63,686 nucleotides of DNA, filler included, from 4 parts of 4 records of this genome joined end to end with filler, not necessarily neighbours in it; one strand, 5' to 3'; positions 21,575-32,601 are shown, counted from the first letter of the whole stretch. Notes: generated by a model from the letters alone, not told the origin. Numbers and translations are program-made.

Positions 21575-22090
21575 TTACTCTGGTGGTAACAAAACCGTTG
21601 ATTGTAGGACGGTAACCGCCTCGTCACTTCCCCCCTGGGCCCTTGAAGTCGCCAGGTAGCGCTCGAAGCAGGGCTGTCCGGGTTCGATCGGGCACACATC
21701 CGCAAGACGCGCGAGATGGTAGGCAGGTTGTGCGCTTACATCCGGACCAGCGACCCCGGTGCCAGATCGGGCAGGGTTGTTGCCATCCCAATCCCACGGG
21801 CTGTCGAGCATTGCCTCGCTAAAGGCTGTGACACGGGTACCTGGGGTGTTCAGAATATCGTTTTCACTCTGTCGTAACGTCGCTTCTGAAGCCTGAAACG
21901 AAATCGCACTGTCGTGAGCGTTGCTCGCCATGCGTTCCTGCATCACGGATCCCTGCATGCCGCCGATGGCTAGCAGAGAAATGATCAGCAGCATGACAAG
22001 GGCCACGATCAAGGTCGCTCCGCGCTGGTGTTTAGTATGAGGGCTAACGTCTACCATAGGCGGCTTCACTCGATTCCGGGTCGCTTTCAT
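21575..22090 (-). CDS. pilX: Type IV minor pilin PilX
   Basis: QRGATLIVALVMLL (no Glu5), QERMASN...FQASE. Confidence 0.9.
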   Translation of the reverse strand: MKATRNRVKPPMVDVSPHTKHQRGATLIVALVMLLIISLLAIGGMQGSVMQERMASNAHDSAISFQASEATLRQSENDILNTPGTRVTAFSEAMLDSPWDWDGNNPARSGTGVAGPDVSAQPAYHLARLADVCPIEPGQPCFERYLATSRAQGGSDEAVTVLQSTVLLPPE

Positions 22091-23223
22091 TACATTCTCC
22101 CCCTGAGTGCAGTGGTGCTGACGGAGATAAGCCGAACACGTCGGTCCCCGTTGTTTGCCTGGGAGACTTCACTGCCAAGCATGTCAAAGTTGCGATTATT
22201 TTCTTCTTCCAGCACTTCGTCCTGGCTGCGGGTCATGACCGAGAATCGAACACTCACGATGGTGTTCCAGTCGACTACCTCGTCGGCGGGGACATAATCA
22301 TCCGCAGCGCTGGTTCCACCGGTATCTTCGCCATAGAGGATCTGCAGTGTTTCAACGCCGGAGACCAGTTCCTGGGGGGGCTGGAGCGGTGTCATCATGC
22401 GCCGGAATAAGGCAGGCTCTCCGTTGGTGCCCTGGCCGATGTAATAGGCCATTGACGTAAACTGATAGACTCTGGTTTGAGTGTCGTAATTCAGGTTGAA
22501 GTTGTTACCGTTATTGCCCGGATTGACGTTGCCACCGGCCATCGTAATGGAGCTGGCATTGGCATTGTTGCTCTTCTGAAACATTTCGCCTTCGGAGCAA
22601 TCGCCACGGGTGGCAAGAACGACGGATCCGGCGTCCACTCCCGAGCTGGCGTCAAGGTTAATGCTATTACTATTCGGGGCGGTGGCGGCAGTTACAGACA
22701 CGCCGAGGGAAGTCAGGGCATTGACAATGATGACATCGGAGTTGGTGATCACAGAACCCGCAAGATCAGCGGGAAGGTTCGCACCAGCGGTTCCTGAGGC
22801 CCAGTTACCGGCGCCGGGCGTTGCCACGGCGTTTGCCAGCGTGACGCTATCTCCCGGGCCGGTTCCCGTGTACTCCCAGCCCTGGAGTGCCTGGTCCAGT
22901 GGTACCGCCAGGCCGCCATTCAGGCGGTTGTCGACAACCTGGTCAAGTGGTCTGCCCATTTCTGCAAGGCAGCCAAAACTGCCGGCAGAACGGAAATCCG
23001 GTGTCAGGACGGCGGAAACAAATCGGGTGCTTTCCTGCGCGTGGGCAAGGCCCTGCGTCTGACGATAGGTCTCATTACCGCTCAGATAAATTTGGATTAC
23101 TCCAAGTGTAAGAATGAGGCCGAGAGCTGTTGCAATCAGTAGCTCAACCAGCGACAGGCCTGATTGGCTGGCCCCAGGACGAGTATTGGGGGCAGGGGGA
23201 GCGCGGAACTTTGACATGATCAA
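22090..23223 (-). CDS. pilW: Type IV minor pilin PilW
   Basis: GLSLVELLIA, QELVSGVETLQILYGED. Confidence 0.9.
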   Translation of the reverse strand: MIMSKFRAPPAPNTRPGASQSGLSLVELLIATALGLILTLGVIQIYLSGNETYRQTQGLAHAQESTRFVSAVLTPDFRSAGSFGCLAEMGRPLDQVVDNRLNGGLAVPLDQALQGWEYTGTGPGDSVTLANAVATPGAGNWASGTAGANLPADLAGSVITNSDVIIVNALTSLGVSVTAATAPNSNSINLDASSGVDAGSVVLATRGDCSEGEMFQKSNNANASSITMAGGNVNPGNNGNNFNLNYDTQTRVYQFTSMAYYIGQGTNGEPALFRRMMTPLQPPQELVSGVETLQILYGEDTGGTSAADDYVPADEVVDWNTIVSVRFSVMTRSQDEVLEEENNRNFDMLGSEVSQANNGDRRVRLISVSTTALRGRM

Positions 23224-23720
23224 ATCTGAGTCCTCACTACTACAGGGTTCATGGCCTGGTCGTTCTGGTTCCAGTCTATGGTGACTGTAACCACGTTGGT
23301 TAAGGGATCGACTGCAACGGTACGCTCAGCCTCTGGAAGAAGGCAGGCGAGGCTGTTCTCCCAGGCCGCAATGTCGTTGGCTGCAACGGTTGCATTTGCC
23401 GGTACGAAAGATGTGGCGCAATCACCACCATCAGCGCCCTGCGCGTCGTCCTGAGCCAGGGCATAGTCACCGGGATTGTCGGAATTCGCACGAATTCGGT
23501 CCAGCAGGTCTTCCGCGAGCAGGACCGCCTGGCTCCGGCTCTGGGACTGAGAGTTCATTTGCAGGGAAACGACCTGTGTTGAAGCAACGCCCAGTATGCC
23601 GATGGCAAGGACCAAGACAGTAATGAGGATCTCAATCATTCCAAGACCGGACTGGTGTCTCGGGGAAGCCAGGCCGGAGCGGTGCTTAGATGTCTGAGTC
23701 ATAGTTGGAGTCACGGGCAT
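23220..23720 (-). CDS. pilV: Type IV pilus modification protein PilV
   Basis: GLGMIEILI, RSQAVLLAEDLLDRIRAN. Confidence 0.9.
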   Translation of the reverse strand: MPVTPTMTQTSKHRSGLASPRHQSGLGMIEILITVLVLAIGILGVASTQVVSLQMNSQSQSRSQAVLLAEDLLDRIRANSDNPGDYALAQDDAQGADGGDCATSFVPANATVAANDIAAWENSLACLLPEAERTVAVDPLTNVVTVTIDWNQNDQAMNPVVVRTQI

Positions 23721-24196
23721 ACTTCTCCGTCATCTACTTCGGTTCGTCCAACCGGGCTTACCCGGATCCTTCGGAAGGATATGTCACCACTGGCACAGCC
23801 GACCGGAGCGACGGTAAAGGTTTGAGCAGCTTGTGGAACAAGAAACCCGCGCCGGTCAAACACCAGATCGCCTACGCTTTCAGTAAAGGTAAGATTACCA
23901 GGTGACTCGAACCCGCGAATCTGGTCATTGGCGCAGTCCCCGGCGTCATCGCCTTCGTGCACACACCAACCGCCCCCCAGGCCACCATCGGTACTGAACG
24001 TGACGTTTGTGCCGCGTTTGATGGCTTCTGTTCTTGCAAGTTTAATGGATGACACCAGCAAGTTCGTGCCGGTTACCAGCCGATTGCTTTCTATCAGCCT
24101 GCCAAAGCCGGGGAGCGCAACAGTCGCAATGATCGCGAGAATGACCATCGTGATGAGTAGTTCTATGAGCGTGAAACCTGCGGTTCTCTTCAACAT
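23711..24196 (-). CDS. GspH/FimT-family minor pilin (FimU-like)
   Basis: GFTLIELLIT...ALPGF...ARTEAIKR. Confidence 0.88.
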   Translation of the reverse strand: MLKRTAGFTLIELLITMVILAIIATVALPGFGRLIESNRLVTGTNLLVSSIKLARTEAIKRGTNVTFSTDGGLGGGWCVHEGDDAGDCANDQIRGFESPGNLTFTESVGDLVFDRRGFLVPQAAQTFTVAPVGCASGDISFRRIRVSPVGRTEVDDGEVCP

Positions 24197-24352
24197 GCCA
24201 AATTCCGTTGGTAAGCCTCAGGTTAGTAAACCAAAGGCGCCATAGATATGCATCGCCTATTCGATGAACGGTCGAACATCCGGTATGGGCGGTATTCGGC
24301 GGCTGAAGATGAGGTTTCGGTCACACTCTGGGGGCGACCATCGGGCCTTTGT

Positions 24353-24934
24353 TCATGGGCCAGGGCAGGTGATGGTCGTTCCCCAGGGAAGTCTGATTTT
24401 CCCATCCCCGTCTTCGTCATGGAGTGTCCGAATGCGGCCGCCAATATTGAGGGCCAGGTAACTCATGTCAAATCTTCCGTTGGTTGATGCAGAACACGCG
24501 ACAAGGCTTCCCATGGTGCCGTGACTCATACCTTTGGCAGATAGCTGGAAGTAGCCTCTTCCGGCTGTTCGGGAATAGAGGCTGGACTGCCCCCTCGTGA
24601 GCGTGAACACCCGGTGGACTTTTCCCGCATCCGGTCGCTTGTCGTTGTTTCTGTCTGGAAAGACGGAGACGGCGTTATTCCAGTCATCGGTACACCTCAG
24701 CGCGGGAGACAGCGGGCACACGGTGGTCAGGGTTTTCTGGTGGACGGCGTAGGATCGTGCGACGGCAAACATCCGGCGAGTGTCGTTGATCACATCGGTG
24801 TGGCGCGTTGAGGAGATAAGCCGAGTCCAGGAGGTGCTGGCAATTCCGGCGAGCATTGCGACCAGCGCGAGCGTGAGAATAAGTTCAACCAGGGTGAAGC
24901 CCCTGGTTCGGGCAGGGTATCGCATAGTCAACAT
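24353..24934 (-). CDS. GspH/FimT-family pseudopilin (FimT-like)
   Basis: GFTLVELILT...ARSYAV...VCP; adjacent to pilR. Confidence 0.85.
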   Translation of the reverse strand: MLTMRYPARTRGFTLVELILTLALVAMLAGIASTSWTRLISSTRHTDVINDTRRMFAVARSYAVHQKTLTTVCPLSPALRCTDDWNNAVSVFPDRNNDKRPDAGKVHRVFTLTRGQSSLYSRTAGRGYFQLSAKGMSHGTMGSLVACSASTNGRFDMSYLALNIGGRIRTLHDEDGDGKIRLPWGTTITCPGP

Positions 24935-25046
24935 CCATGTTGGTGGTTTGGTCTGGGCGCTTTTTTACATCCTGTAGAAAAGCGACATGAATTCTACCGT
25001 ATATCAATGAACGGTGGTTACCGGCGAGAGAATTCTGAGATACCGT

Positions 25047-26435
25047 TCACTCCATTCCCAGCTTCTTGAGGCGGTACCGAAGCGCTCGAAAGCTGATTCC
25101 CAGACGCTTAGCGGCCGCCGTTTTATTCCATCGGGTGGCTTCCAGAGCCTTCTCGATGGCTTGTCTCTCTATGTTCTCCAGGTAGTTTTCCAGGTCAATC
25201 TCGCCATCGGGCACCGGGGCAGTCCCGTCATCGTTGGCCTCGCCTTCCGCGATAACCTGGGTGGGAGACGACGCCGTCTGTACACCATTTCCCAGGTGCA
25301 GATCGCCGGCATCAATTTGATCGGCATCGCAAAGCGTAAAGGCGCGCTCCAGAACATTTTCGAGTTCCCTTACGTTGCCCGGGAAATCGTACTGTTTGAG
25401 CCGCCCGATGGCGCCCTGGGTTAGCGAGGCGGGTTCGCATTCATATTCTTTACCGATTCTTTCGAGAATGTGGCGAGCAAGCAAGGAAATGTCGTCTGGT
25501 CGTTCCCGCAGAGGAGGCACAGCCAGTTCAATGACGTTGATCCGGTAGAAAAGGTCTTGCCGAAAAATGCCTTCCTGAACCAGATCTGGAAGGTTCTTAT
25601 GGGTCGCGCTGAGTACCCGGATATCCACCGGAACTTCCTTGGTATCGCCAACCGGGCGGACAGCCTTTTCCTGAATTGCCCTCAGGAGTTTTACCTGCAT
25701 TGCCAGAGGCAGGTCAGCAACTTCGTCCAGAAACAAAGTGCCACCGTTGGCAGATCGAAACAGGCCGTCTTTGTTTTCAACGGCCCCGGTAAAGCTGCCC
25801 TTTTTGTGCCCAAAAAATTCACTCTCCATGAGTTCAGAGGGGATGGCTCCACAGTTGACAGCTATAAAGGGACCGTCGCGGCGAGGACCCTGCAAATGAA
25901 TCATTCTTGCGACCAGTTCTTTACCGCTACCCGATTCCCCGCTGATGAAAACAGGTGCCTGGCTCCTGGCCAGTTTCCGAGTTTGGCTTCGGAGTTTTTG
26001 AATTTCTGTTGATTTGCCGAGTAACAGACCCGGTTCATCGTCAGTGTCCTGAGTGTTGGCTTCGGCCTCCGACAATCGGAGAGCACTGTTGACCAGCTCC
26101 CGAAGCCGCGGAAGCTCAACCGGCTTGGACACAAAATCGAAGGCACCGGCCTTCAGGGATTCAATGGCCGTATCCATGTTGCCGTAGGCCGTGATTACAG
26201 CCACAGGGGTACAGGGCGTATTCTGCTGTATCCACTGCACAAGCTCGATGCCGTTGCCATCGGGCAGGTTCATGTCTGTCAGGCAGAGTTGTGGTTTGTG
26301 TTCACCCAGAAGCTTCTTCGCGCAGGTGATGTCTGGCGCGGTCAGGGTTGTTATTCCCATACGGCTGAGTGTGATTTCCAGAAGGTCCCGGATATCGGGT
26401 TCGTCGTCTACGATCAGGGCGGTATGAGTGGTCAT
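25047..26435 (-). CDS. pilR: Sigma54-dependent response regulator PilR
   Basis: REC domain, GESGSGKE, GSFTGA, Fis-type HTH; next to pilS and the pilin genes. Confidence 0.95.
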   Translation of the reverse strand: MTTHTALIVDDEPDIRDLLEITLSRMGITTLTAPDITCAKKLLGEHKPQLCLTDMNLPDGNGIELVQWIQQNTPCTPVAVITAYGNMDTAIESLKAGAFDFVSKPVELPRLRELVNSALRLSEAEANTQDTDDEPGLLLGKSTEIQKLRSQTRKLARSQAPVFISGESGSGKELVARMIHLQGPRRDGPFIAVNCGAIPSELMESEFFGHKKGSFTGAVENKDGLFRSANGGTLFLDEVADLPLAMQVKLLRAIQEKAVRPVGDTKEVPVDIRVLSATHKNLPDLVQEGIFRQDLFYRINVIELAVPPLRERPDDISLLARHILERIGKEYECEPASLTQGAIGRLKQYDFPGNVRELENVLERAFTLCDADQIDAGDLHLGNGVQTASSPTQVIAEGEANDDGTAPVPDGEIDLENYLENIERQAIEKALEATRWNKTAAAKRLGISFRALRYRLKKLGME

Positions 26436-26488
26436 TGGATTGTTATCGGTTCCATGTCGTTATTCAGACTACCGGGCTTCCGGATTTG

Positions 26489-28135
26489 TTAGATCATCCG
26501 TCCATGGTGGGCGAATGTAATGCGGAAACAACAGCCGGGCTGGTTGTCATCTACCAGGGACAGGTGAGCCTGATTAGCCTCGCACAGTTCTCGAGCCAGA
26601 TAAAGGCCGAGTCCCGTCCCACTCTTGTCGGTTGTGAAAAAAGGTTCAAAAACAGACACGCGGTGCTCCGGAGCGATGCCCGGGCCGAAATCGCGAACAT
26701 CCACGTAGGCGCGCTCGCCATCGGCGGCCACACCTGCATACAGTTCTATGCGCCGTTCGCCGGTCGCCTGTTTACTATACCGGAGGCCATTGTCACAGAG
26801 GTTGACCATCACTTGTTCAATCTGGCTGACATCAAAGCGCGCCAGGGGTAGGTTGCGTTCGGTGCGAAGCAGAATCTCGTCGGATTTCTGGTGTTCGTTA
26901 CTCTGGGTTTGCAGGTAATCGTCGCGGAACGCGGATAACCATTTGTCGACGTCAATGAGGTCGGTGTCGGCAGCGCGTCGTCTCGACAGGTCAAGCACAT
27001 TTTCGATGATGCCGTTAACCCGTCGGGAATGCCGTTCGATGATGTCCAGCATTTTGCGATCCCCCTCATCCAGGTTGGGGGATTCGTTCATCAATTGGGA
27101 CGCGTGGCTGATGGCCCCCAGCGGGTTCCGAATTTCATGGGCAATACCTGCGGTCAGCCGCCCCAGGGACGCCAGCTTCATTTGCTGGGCCTGTTGCGTC
27201 ACCCTGCTCATGTCATCGATAAATACCAGGATCTGGTCGCCGCGCTGCTGATCGAGCTGAGTGAAATTGGCCTGTACCACGGGCGAGGTTTGTGTAGCCT
27301 GGAAAGGTTCTGTTCTGCGGGCAGGGTCTTTCAGCCAGGCATCGAGGCCTCTTCGGAGCGGCCGTGGCAGATTTCGTCCCCGGCTGGGTAATTTCGAGTC
27401 CTCGGTGGCAGTGCCAAACAGCAATTCTTCCGCAGCAGCATTAGCCAGGCGGATTCGCCCGAACCGGTCGAGAACAAGTATGCCGGTTCTCATGCGCTGG
27501 ATAATCTGGCGATTGATCTGCTCCAGTTCGGCAATGCTGCGGGCTCGGGAACTGGCAAGCGCTTCGCTTCGCAGCATGCGCCGCGATATGTATTGGAGGA
27601 TGAACGCTGCGGCAAAATAGAGAATGCCCAGGGAGCCAGCGCGAACAATTTCATCGGCGGAGTCATCAAACACCAGCACGGACCAGGCCGAGATGCCCAG
27701 AGAACAGATAGCACCCAACGCCGCGTAGAAGGTGCCAATCCTGGTGGGGGTCAGGATATTACCTGCAGCCACGGAAACGATAACCAGATTCGCCAGGCCA
27801 TTGGTAATGCCGGTGCTGGCAATCAGGAGTCCATGCAGGAGCAGGATGTCCATCAATATGGATACTGTGATATGGCGGCTTCTGGGCTGAAACCCTGCCA
27901 GCATTGTCAGGGCAATGAAGCCATTGATGGCGAGATAGCAGACCACCCCGGCCTGGTAATAATCCATTGCCCGGAAGCGGGAGTCGAAGTTTATTGGGTC
28001 CACAAACAGCAACGCCACCAGTATAACGCTGACGACAACGCGGTAGTGGTTATAGATCCGAAACAGCCGGCCCCGCTGGTTTGAGGGTGGTGTATCGGTA
28101 ATGGGCTGCTGATCAGGAGTGGTTGGTTGCGCCAT
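26489..28135 (-). CDS. pilS: Sensor histidine kinase PilS
   Basis: N-terminal TM helices, AHEIRNPL H-box, GTGLGL G-box. Confidence 0.93.
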   Translation of the reverse strand: MAQPTTPDQQPITDTPPSNQRGRLFRIYNHYRVVVSVILVALLFVDPINFDSRFRAMDYYQAGVVCYLAINGFIALTMLAGFQPRSRHITVSILMDILLLHGLLIASTGITNGLANLVIVSVAAGNILTPTRIGTFYAALGAICSLGISAWSVLVFDDSADEIVRAGSLGILYFAAAFILQYISRRMLRSEALASSRARSIAELEQINRQIIQRMRTGILVLDRFGRIRLANAAAEELLFGTATEDSKLPSRGRNLPRPLRRGLDAWLKDPARRTEPFQATQTSPVVQANFTQLDQQRGDQILVFIDDMSRVTQQAQQMKLASLGRLTAGIAHEIRNPLGAISHASQLMNESPNLDEGDRKMLDIIERHSRRVNGIIENVLDLSRRRAADTDLIDVDKWLSAFRDDYLQTQSNEHQKSDEILLRTERNLPLARFDVSQIEQVMVNLCDNGLRYSKQATGERRIELYAGVAADGERAYVDVRDFGPGIAPEHRVSVFEPFFTTDKSGTGLGLYLARELCEANQAHLSLVDDNQPGCCFRITFAHHGRMI

Positions 28136-28220
28136 CGTCCAGTGGATATCCCGCGAGAATTCTGATGTCTTGCGGGGTTATAATAGCCTTTTAATGGCAA
28201 TGAGTTACAGGAGCTGCGTT

Positions 28221-29873
28221 ATGTCCGTGCAAAAGGATGGTCAGGGGCCCGGAAAACTTCGGGTAGTGATGGCCCAACTCGATTTTCTGGTGGGCGATAT
28301 CCCTGGCAATACCCAAAAGGTGATTGAGGCGACCCGACGCGCGGAACAGGAGCATCAGGCGGATCTGGTTGTGTTCCCGGAATTGTGTCTTACCGGTTAC
28401 CCACCGGAAGACCTTTTATTAAGACCCAGTATGGATGTGCGCGTTGCAGACGCGCTGGAAACCTTGCGCGGGGAGCATCTGGGCCCCGCCATCATCGTGG
28501 GGGCTCCGATACGGGAGGGCGCTCTACTTTACAACGCTGCGGTCGCCATTGAGCAGGGAAATATAACCGGTCGCTACTTCAAGCGGTTTCCTCCCAATTA
28601 TCAGGTTTTCGACGAGAAGCGCTATTTTGCCAATGGCGTGGATACTCTGGTCATGGATATCAAAGGGGTGCCAGTGGGCATTACCATCTGTGAGGACATT
28701 TGGAGCGAGGGGCCGGTGGAAGACGCTGCCGCGGCAGGCGCCAGACTGGTCGTCAACCTCAATGCATCACCCTACGATATTGACAAGCAGGTGCGGCGAA
28801 AGGCTCTGGTAGAACGCAAGGCTTTTGAGAATCGGGTGAGTATTGTCTACGTCAATCTGATTGGCGGGCAGGACGAACTGGTCTTTGATGGTGGCTCTGT
28901 GGTTTACGACCATTCCGGGGTGCTTGCAGCCGAAGCACCACAGTTCAGCGAAGGGCTCTATCCGGTGGACTTCGTCTGTGAGCATCATTGCCAGCCAATC
29001 CCGCAGCCTGCCGTTGCCGAACCGTCGCTGGAGGAAAATGTCTACAAGGCCCTGGTCCTGGGAGTGCGGGACTACGTCAACAAGAATGGTTTTAAATCCG
29101 TTGTTCTGGGGCTCTCCGGCGGTATCGATTCAGCGGTGACTCTGGCTGTTGCGGCGGATGCCCTGGGGGCCGACCGGGTACGCGCGGTGATGATGCCTTT
29201 TCGCTATACCTCGGGTATGAGTATTGAAGACGCGGAAGCCGAGGCAGTGGCCCTGGGCGTTCAATACGACGTGTTCTCCATTGAGCCGATGTACGATGCC
29301 TTTATGAAAACATTGGCGACCCCGTTTGAGGGCACGCAACCTGACACCACCGAGGAGAATCTGCAGGCCCGGCTGCGGGGCGTTCTGTTGATGTCTCTGT
29401 CCAACAAGTTCGGTTCGCTGGTGCTGACGACTGGCAACAAAAGTGAAATGGCGGTGGGCTACTCGACCCTGTACGGGGATATGGCCGGCGGCTTTGATGT
29501 GCTCAAGGACGTTCCCAAAACCCTGGTTTTTCGCCTCGCCTGGTATCGCAACAGTGTTTCGCAGGTGATTCCGGAACGGGTCATTACCCGTCCGCCGTCG
29601 GCAGAGCTGGCACCGGATCAGAAAGACGAGGATAGCCTGCCGGGATACGACGTTCTCGATCAGATCCTCAATCTCTACGTGGAGCGGGATCTCAGTGCCG
29701 ATGCCATTGTGGCTCAGGGGTTCGACAGGGCGGATGTCGATCGCGTGGTGCGGCTGGTGGATATTAACGAATATAAGCGCAGGCAGGCGCCGATAGGCGT
29801 GAGAATTACCGAAAGGGGGTTTGGTAAGGATCGGCGTTACCCGATTACCAATGGCTGGAAAAGTGGAAAGTAG
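28221..29873 (+). CDS. nadE: Glutamine-dependent NAD+ synthetase
   Basis: Nitrilase domain (FPEL, ICEDIW) plus SGGIDS and TTGNKSE; AGGAG Shine-Dalgarno. Confidence 0.96.
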   Translation: MSVQKDGQGPGKLRVVMAQLDFLVGDIPGNTQKVIEATRRAEQEHQADLVVFPELCLTGYPPEDLLLRPSMDVRVADALETLRGEHLGPAIIVGAPIREGALLYNAAVAIEQGNITGRYFKRFPPNYQVFDEKRYFANGVDTLVMDIKGVPVGITICEDIWSEGPVEDAAAAGARLVVNLNASPYDIDKQVRRKALVERKAFENRVSIVYVNLIGGQDELVFDGGSVVYDHSGVLAAEAPQFSEGLYPVDFVCEHHCQPIPQPAVAEPSLEENVYKALVLGVRDYVNKNGFKSVVLGLSGGIDSAVTLAVAADALGADRVRAVMMPFRYTSGMSIEDAEAEAVALGVQYDVFSIEPMYDAFMKTLATPFEGTQPDTTEENLQARLRGVLLMSLSNKFGSLVLTTGNKSEMAVGYSTLYGDMAGGFDVLKDVPKTLVFRLAWYRNSVSQVIPERVITRPPSAELAPDQKDEDSLPGYDVLDQILNLYVERDLSADAIVAQGFDRADVDRVVRLVDINEYKRRQAPIGVRITERGFGKDRRYPITNGWKSGK

Positions 29874-29917
29874 ATTGCGGTAGGGCTGCCTGATTGCTCG
29901 GGCAGCCCTGCCAAATG

Positions 29918-30754
29918 TTATTCGTCGCCCATCAGGCCGAAGGTGACCACGCTAGACAGGGAGCGGTCCTCGCGTTTGAGGATGTCTGGCTGGAACTCTC
30001 CGTTCTCATTGAAGGCCGTGCTGTCCGGGAAGTTCTCTTTCAGCATTGCCACGGCATCCGTTGCTCCTTTTTTCAGATCCATGAAACGGAACGTTTCCGC
30101 CAGGATGATCAAGGCTTCTTCGACGGACGGCGTCGTTGAATAATTTTCGATAATGTATCGAGCTCGGTTGTTCGCCGCGATGTAGGCTTCACGGCTGATG
30201 TAATATCGTGCCGCGTAAAGTTCCAGTTCAGCCAGGCGGTTGCGGATCGCAATCATGCGCTGGCGGGCATCTGGGGCGTATTCGCTGGAGGGGTAGCGGT
30301 TCAGCAGCTCGGAAAAGTCCCGGAACGCCTGGCGCTGTTCGCCGGGGTCTCTTGCCGAAACGTCCACCGGGAAGTAGCGGGCAGCCAGGCCAATATCCAG
30401 ATTATAGGATGCCAGGCCTCGCATATAGAGCGCATAGTCGGCGTGATCGCTCTGTGGATTCAGTCTGAGAAAACGGTCTGCCGCCGCGCGGGCCCCTTCC
30501 AGGTCAAGATTCTGGTAGCGGGCATAAATGAGGTCCAATTGGGCCTGTTCCGCATAGCGGCCAAATGGGTAGTAGGTTTCCAGATAGTCGAGGTTCTGCT
30601 CGGCTTCGTTGAAGTTGCCCGAGTTCATCGCATCGCGGGCATTTTCGTAATAGGTTTGTTCCGGCAGTACTTCTTCCTGCTTATCGTTCGATGCGCAGGC
30701 ACTGATGAATAGCGCTGCGGTGGTGACTAGCAGTAATCGGACAACTGATCTCAT
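29918..30754 (-). CDS. bamD: Outer membrane protein assembly lipoprotein BamD (ComL)
   Basis: Lipobox ISAC, YPFGRYAEQAQL TPR segment; divergent from rluD. Confidence 0.95.
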   Translation of the reverse strand: MRSVVRLLLVTTAALFISACASNDKQEEVLPEQTYYENARDAMNSGNFNEAEQNLDYLETYYPFGRYAEQAQLDLIYARYQNLDLEGARAAADRFLRLNPQSDHADYALYMRGLASYNLDIGLAARYFPVDVSARDPGEQRQAFRDFSELLNRYPSSEYAPDARQRMIAIRNRLAELELYAARYYISREAYIAANNRARYIIENYSTTPSVEEALIILAETFRFMDLKKGATDAVAMLKENFPDSTAFNENGEFQPDILKREDRSLSSVVTFGLMGDE

Positions 30755-30890
30755 GCCGGAATCCCGTATAATGGCAAAATTCGAAACGACGGCCATTGTA
30801 ACGGGGATCCGTTCACATGTGCAGTGGCACGCGCCGTGGATTCAGAAATTCTGACTCAAACGTAACACTCATACCGGCCCCGGGGGCTCA

Positions 30891-31868
30891 ATGTCATCTG
30901 AAAACCGTATTATCGCCAGCTTCTCCATTCCACCGGAGCACAGCGACCGCCGCCTGGATCAGGCTGCGGCCGAACTGATGCCGGAGCACTCGCGCTCCCG
31001 ACTACAGGGCTGGATCAAAAGCGGCGCACTGACGGTCAATGGAAAAACCTGTAAGCCCCGGGACAAGGTAATGCTGGGCGACCGGCTCGATCTGGACGCG
31101 GAGCCGGAAGCGCAAGTCAGTTGGGAAGCGGAATCGATAGACCTGGATATTGTGTATGAAGACGAGCACCTGTTGGTCATTAACAAGCCTGCGGGCCTCG
31201 TGGTCCACCCGGCGGCAGGCCACGCTGACGGCACCCTGGTCAATGCCTTGCTCAACCATGCCCCGGAAGTGGAGAACCTGCCCAGAGCAGGGATTGTGCA
31301 TCGTCTCGATAAAGATACGTCTGGCATCATGGTGGTAGCGCGCAGCCTGATTGCTCATACATCGCTGGTCGACCAGTTGCAGACCCGGACCATGGGGCGG
31401 GAATACGAAGCCATTGTGGTTGGCACCCTTACTGGAGGCTCGACGGTGGATGCACCGATTGGTCGTCATCCCCGTGAACGCAAGAAAATGGCGGTTGTGC
31501 CCACCGGTAAGCCGGCGGTAACGCATTATCGCCTGGTGGAGCGCTTCGCAGCGCACACCCACGTTCGCTGTAAGCTGGAGAGCGGCCGTACCCACCAGAT
31601 ACGGGTGCATATGGCCCACGTGAAACATCCATTGGTGGGCGACCCTCAGTATGGCGGTCGGCTACGTCTGCCGAAAGGCACAACAGACGAACTGAGGGAC
31701 GTGCTTGCCAGTTTCCAGCGGCAGGCGCTCCATGCACGCCAGTTGACGTTGGAGCACCCGCAAACCGGTGAGATACTGACTTGGGAGGTACCACTGCCCG
31801 ATGACATCGAGGGTCTGCTGGCCGCACTTCGAAAGCACGTTAAGGAGTTGGAGAACCATGACGTCTGA
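30891..31868 (+). CDS. rluD: 23S rRNA pseudouridine synthase RluD
   Basis: S4 domain, HRLDKDTSG, GRTHQIRVH. Confidence 0.97.
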   Translation: MSSENRIIASFSIPPEHSDRRLDQAAAELMPEHSRSRLQGWIKSGALTVNGKTCKPRDKVMLGDRLDLDAEPEAQVSWEAESIDLDIVYEDEHLLVINKPAGLVVHPAAGHADGTLVNALLNHAPEVENLPRAGIVHRLDKDTSGIMVVARSLIAHTSLVDQLQTRTMGREYEAIVVGTLTGGSTVDAPIGRHPRERKKMAVVPTGKPAVTHYRLVERFAAHTHVRCKLESGRTHQIRVHMAHVKHPLVGDPQYGGRLRLPKGTTDELRDVLASFQRQALHARQLTLEHPQTGEILTWEVPLPDDIEGLLAALRKHVKELENHDV

Positions 31869-32601
31869 ACTGCCGGTGATTGTCCCTGACTGGCCCGCTC
31901 CGTCTTGGGTGCATGCCGCATGCACGACGAGAATGGGCGGGGTCAGCCAGGCGCCGTGGCAATCCCTGAACCTCGGCACGCATGTGGGAGATCATCCCGA
32001 TGATGTTGCGAAAAATCGGTCCCTGCTTGGGCAGTGGGCTGAGCCCGGCGCTCAGTCGTTCGGTTGGCTTAACCAGGTTCATGGTACTGACGTTGTTGAG
32101 TTGCCGCAGTCGGGTGCGGTCACCGCGGATGCCAGTGTGACCTCCCAGCCTGGGGTGGCATGTGTGGTGATGACAGCGGACTGTCTTCCGGTGCTTTTCT
32201 GTAACCCCGCCAGTGGCCAGGTGGCCGCTGCCCATGCTGGCTGGCGCGGCTTGTGTGGTGGTGTTCTGGAGCGAACGGTTGAGTATCTGGGTAATCCTGC
32301 TGCCGTCCTGGCGTGGTTGGGGCCGGCCATTGGTCCTGAGCAGTTTGAGGTTGGCCCCGAGGTCAGGGAGGCTTTCCTGATGAGCGATTCCCAATCGGGT
32401 GATGCATTCATTTCCAGCCCTCGAAATCCTACCCATTATCTTGCGGATATCTATGAGCTTGCCCGGCAGAGGCTGGCAATGGCAGGTGTGCTTCAGGTCT
32501 ACGGTGGTGAATTCTGCACGGTGACCGATCGTGAGCGTTTTTTCTCCTATCGTCGAGACGGGCAAACCGGGAGAATGGCAAGCCTGATATTCATCTCATG
32601 A
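31858..32601 (+). CDS. pgeF: Peptidoglycan editing factor PgeF (YfiH)
   Basis: QVHG, TADCLPV, HAGWRG, FFSYRR. Confidence 0.95.
   Translation: MTSELPVIVPDWPAPSWVHAACTTRMGGVSQAPWQSLNLGTHVGDHPDDVAKNRSLLGQWAEPGAQSFGWLNQVHGTDVVELPQSGAVTADASVTSQPGVACVVMTADCLPVLFCNPASGQVAAAHAGWRGLCGGVLERTVEYLGNPAAVLAWLGPAIGPEQFEVGPEVREAFLMSDSQSGDAFISSPRNPTHYLADIYELARQRLAMAGVLQVYGGEFCTVTDRERFFSYRRDGQTGRMASLIFIS

Noticed and set aside
17208-28135. Type IV pilus minor pilin cluster with pilRS as a candidate novel system
   Set aside because: It is the standard fimT-fimU-pilVWXY1-E organisation next to ispH and nadE in Gammaproteobacteria.
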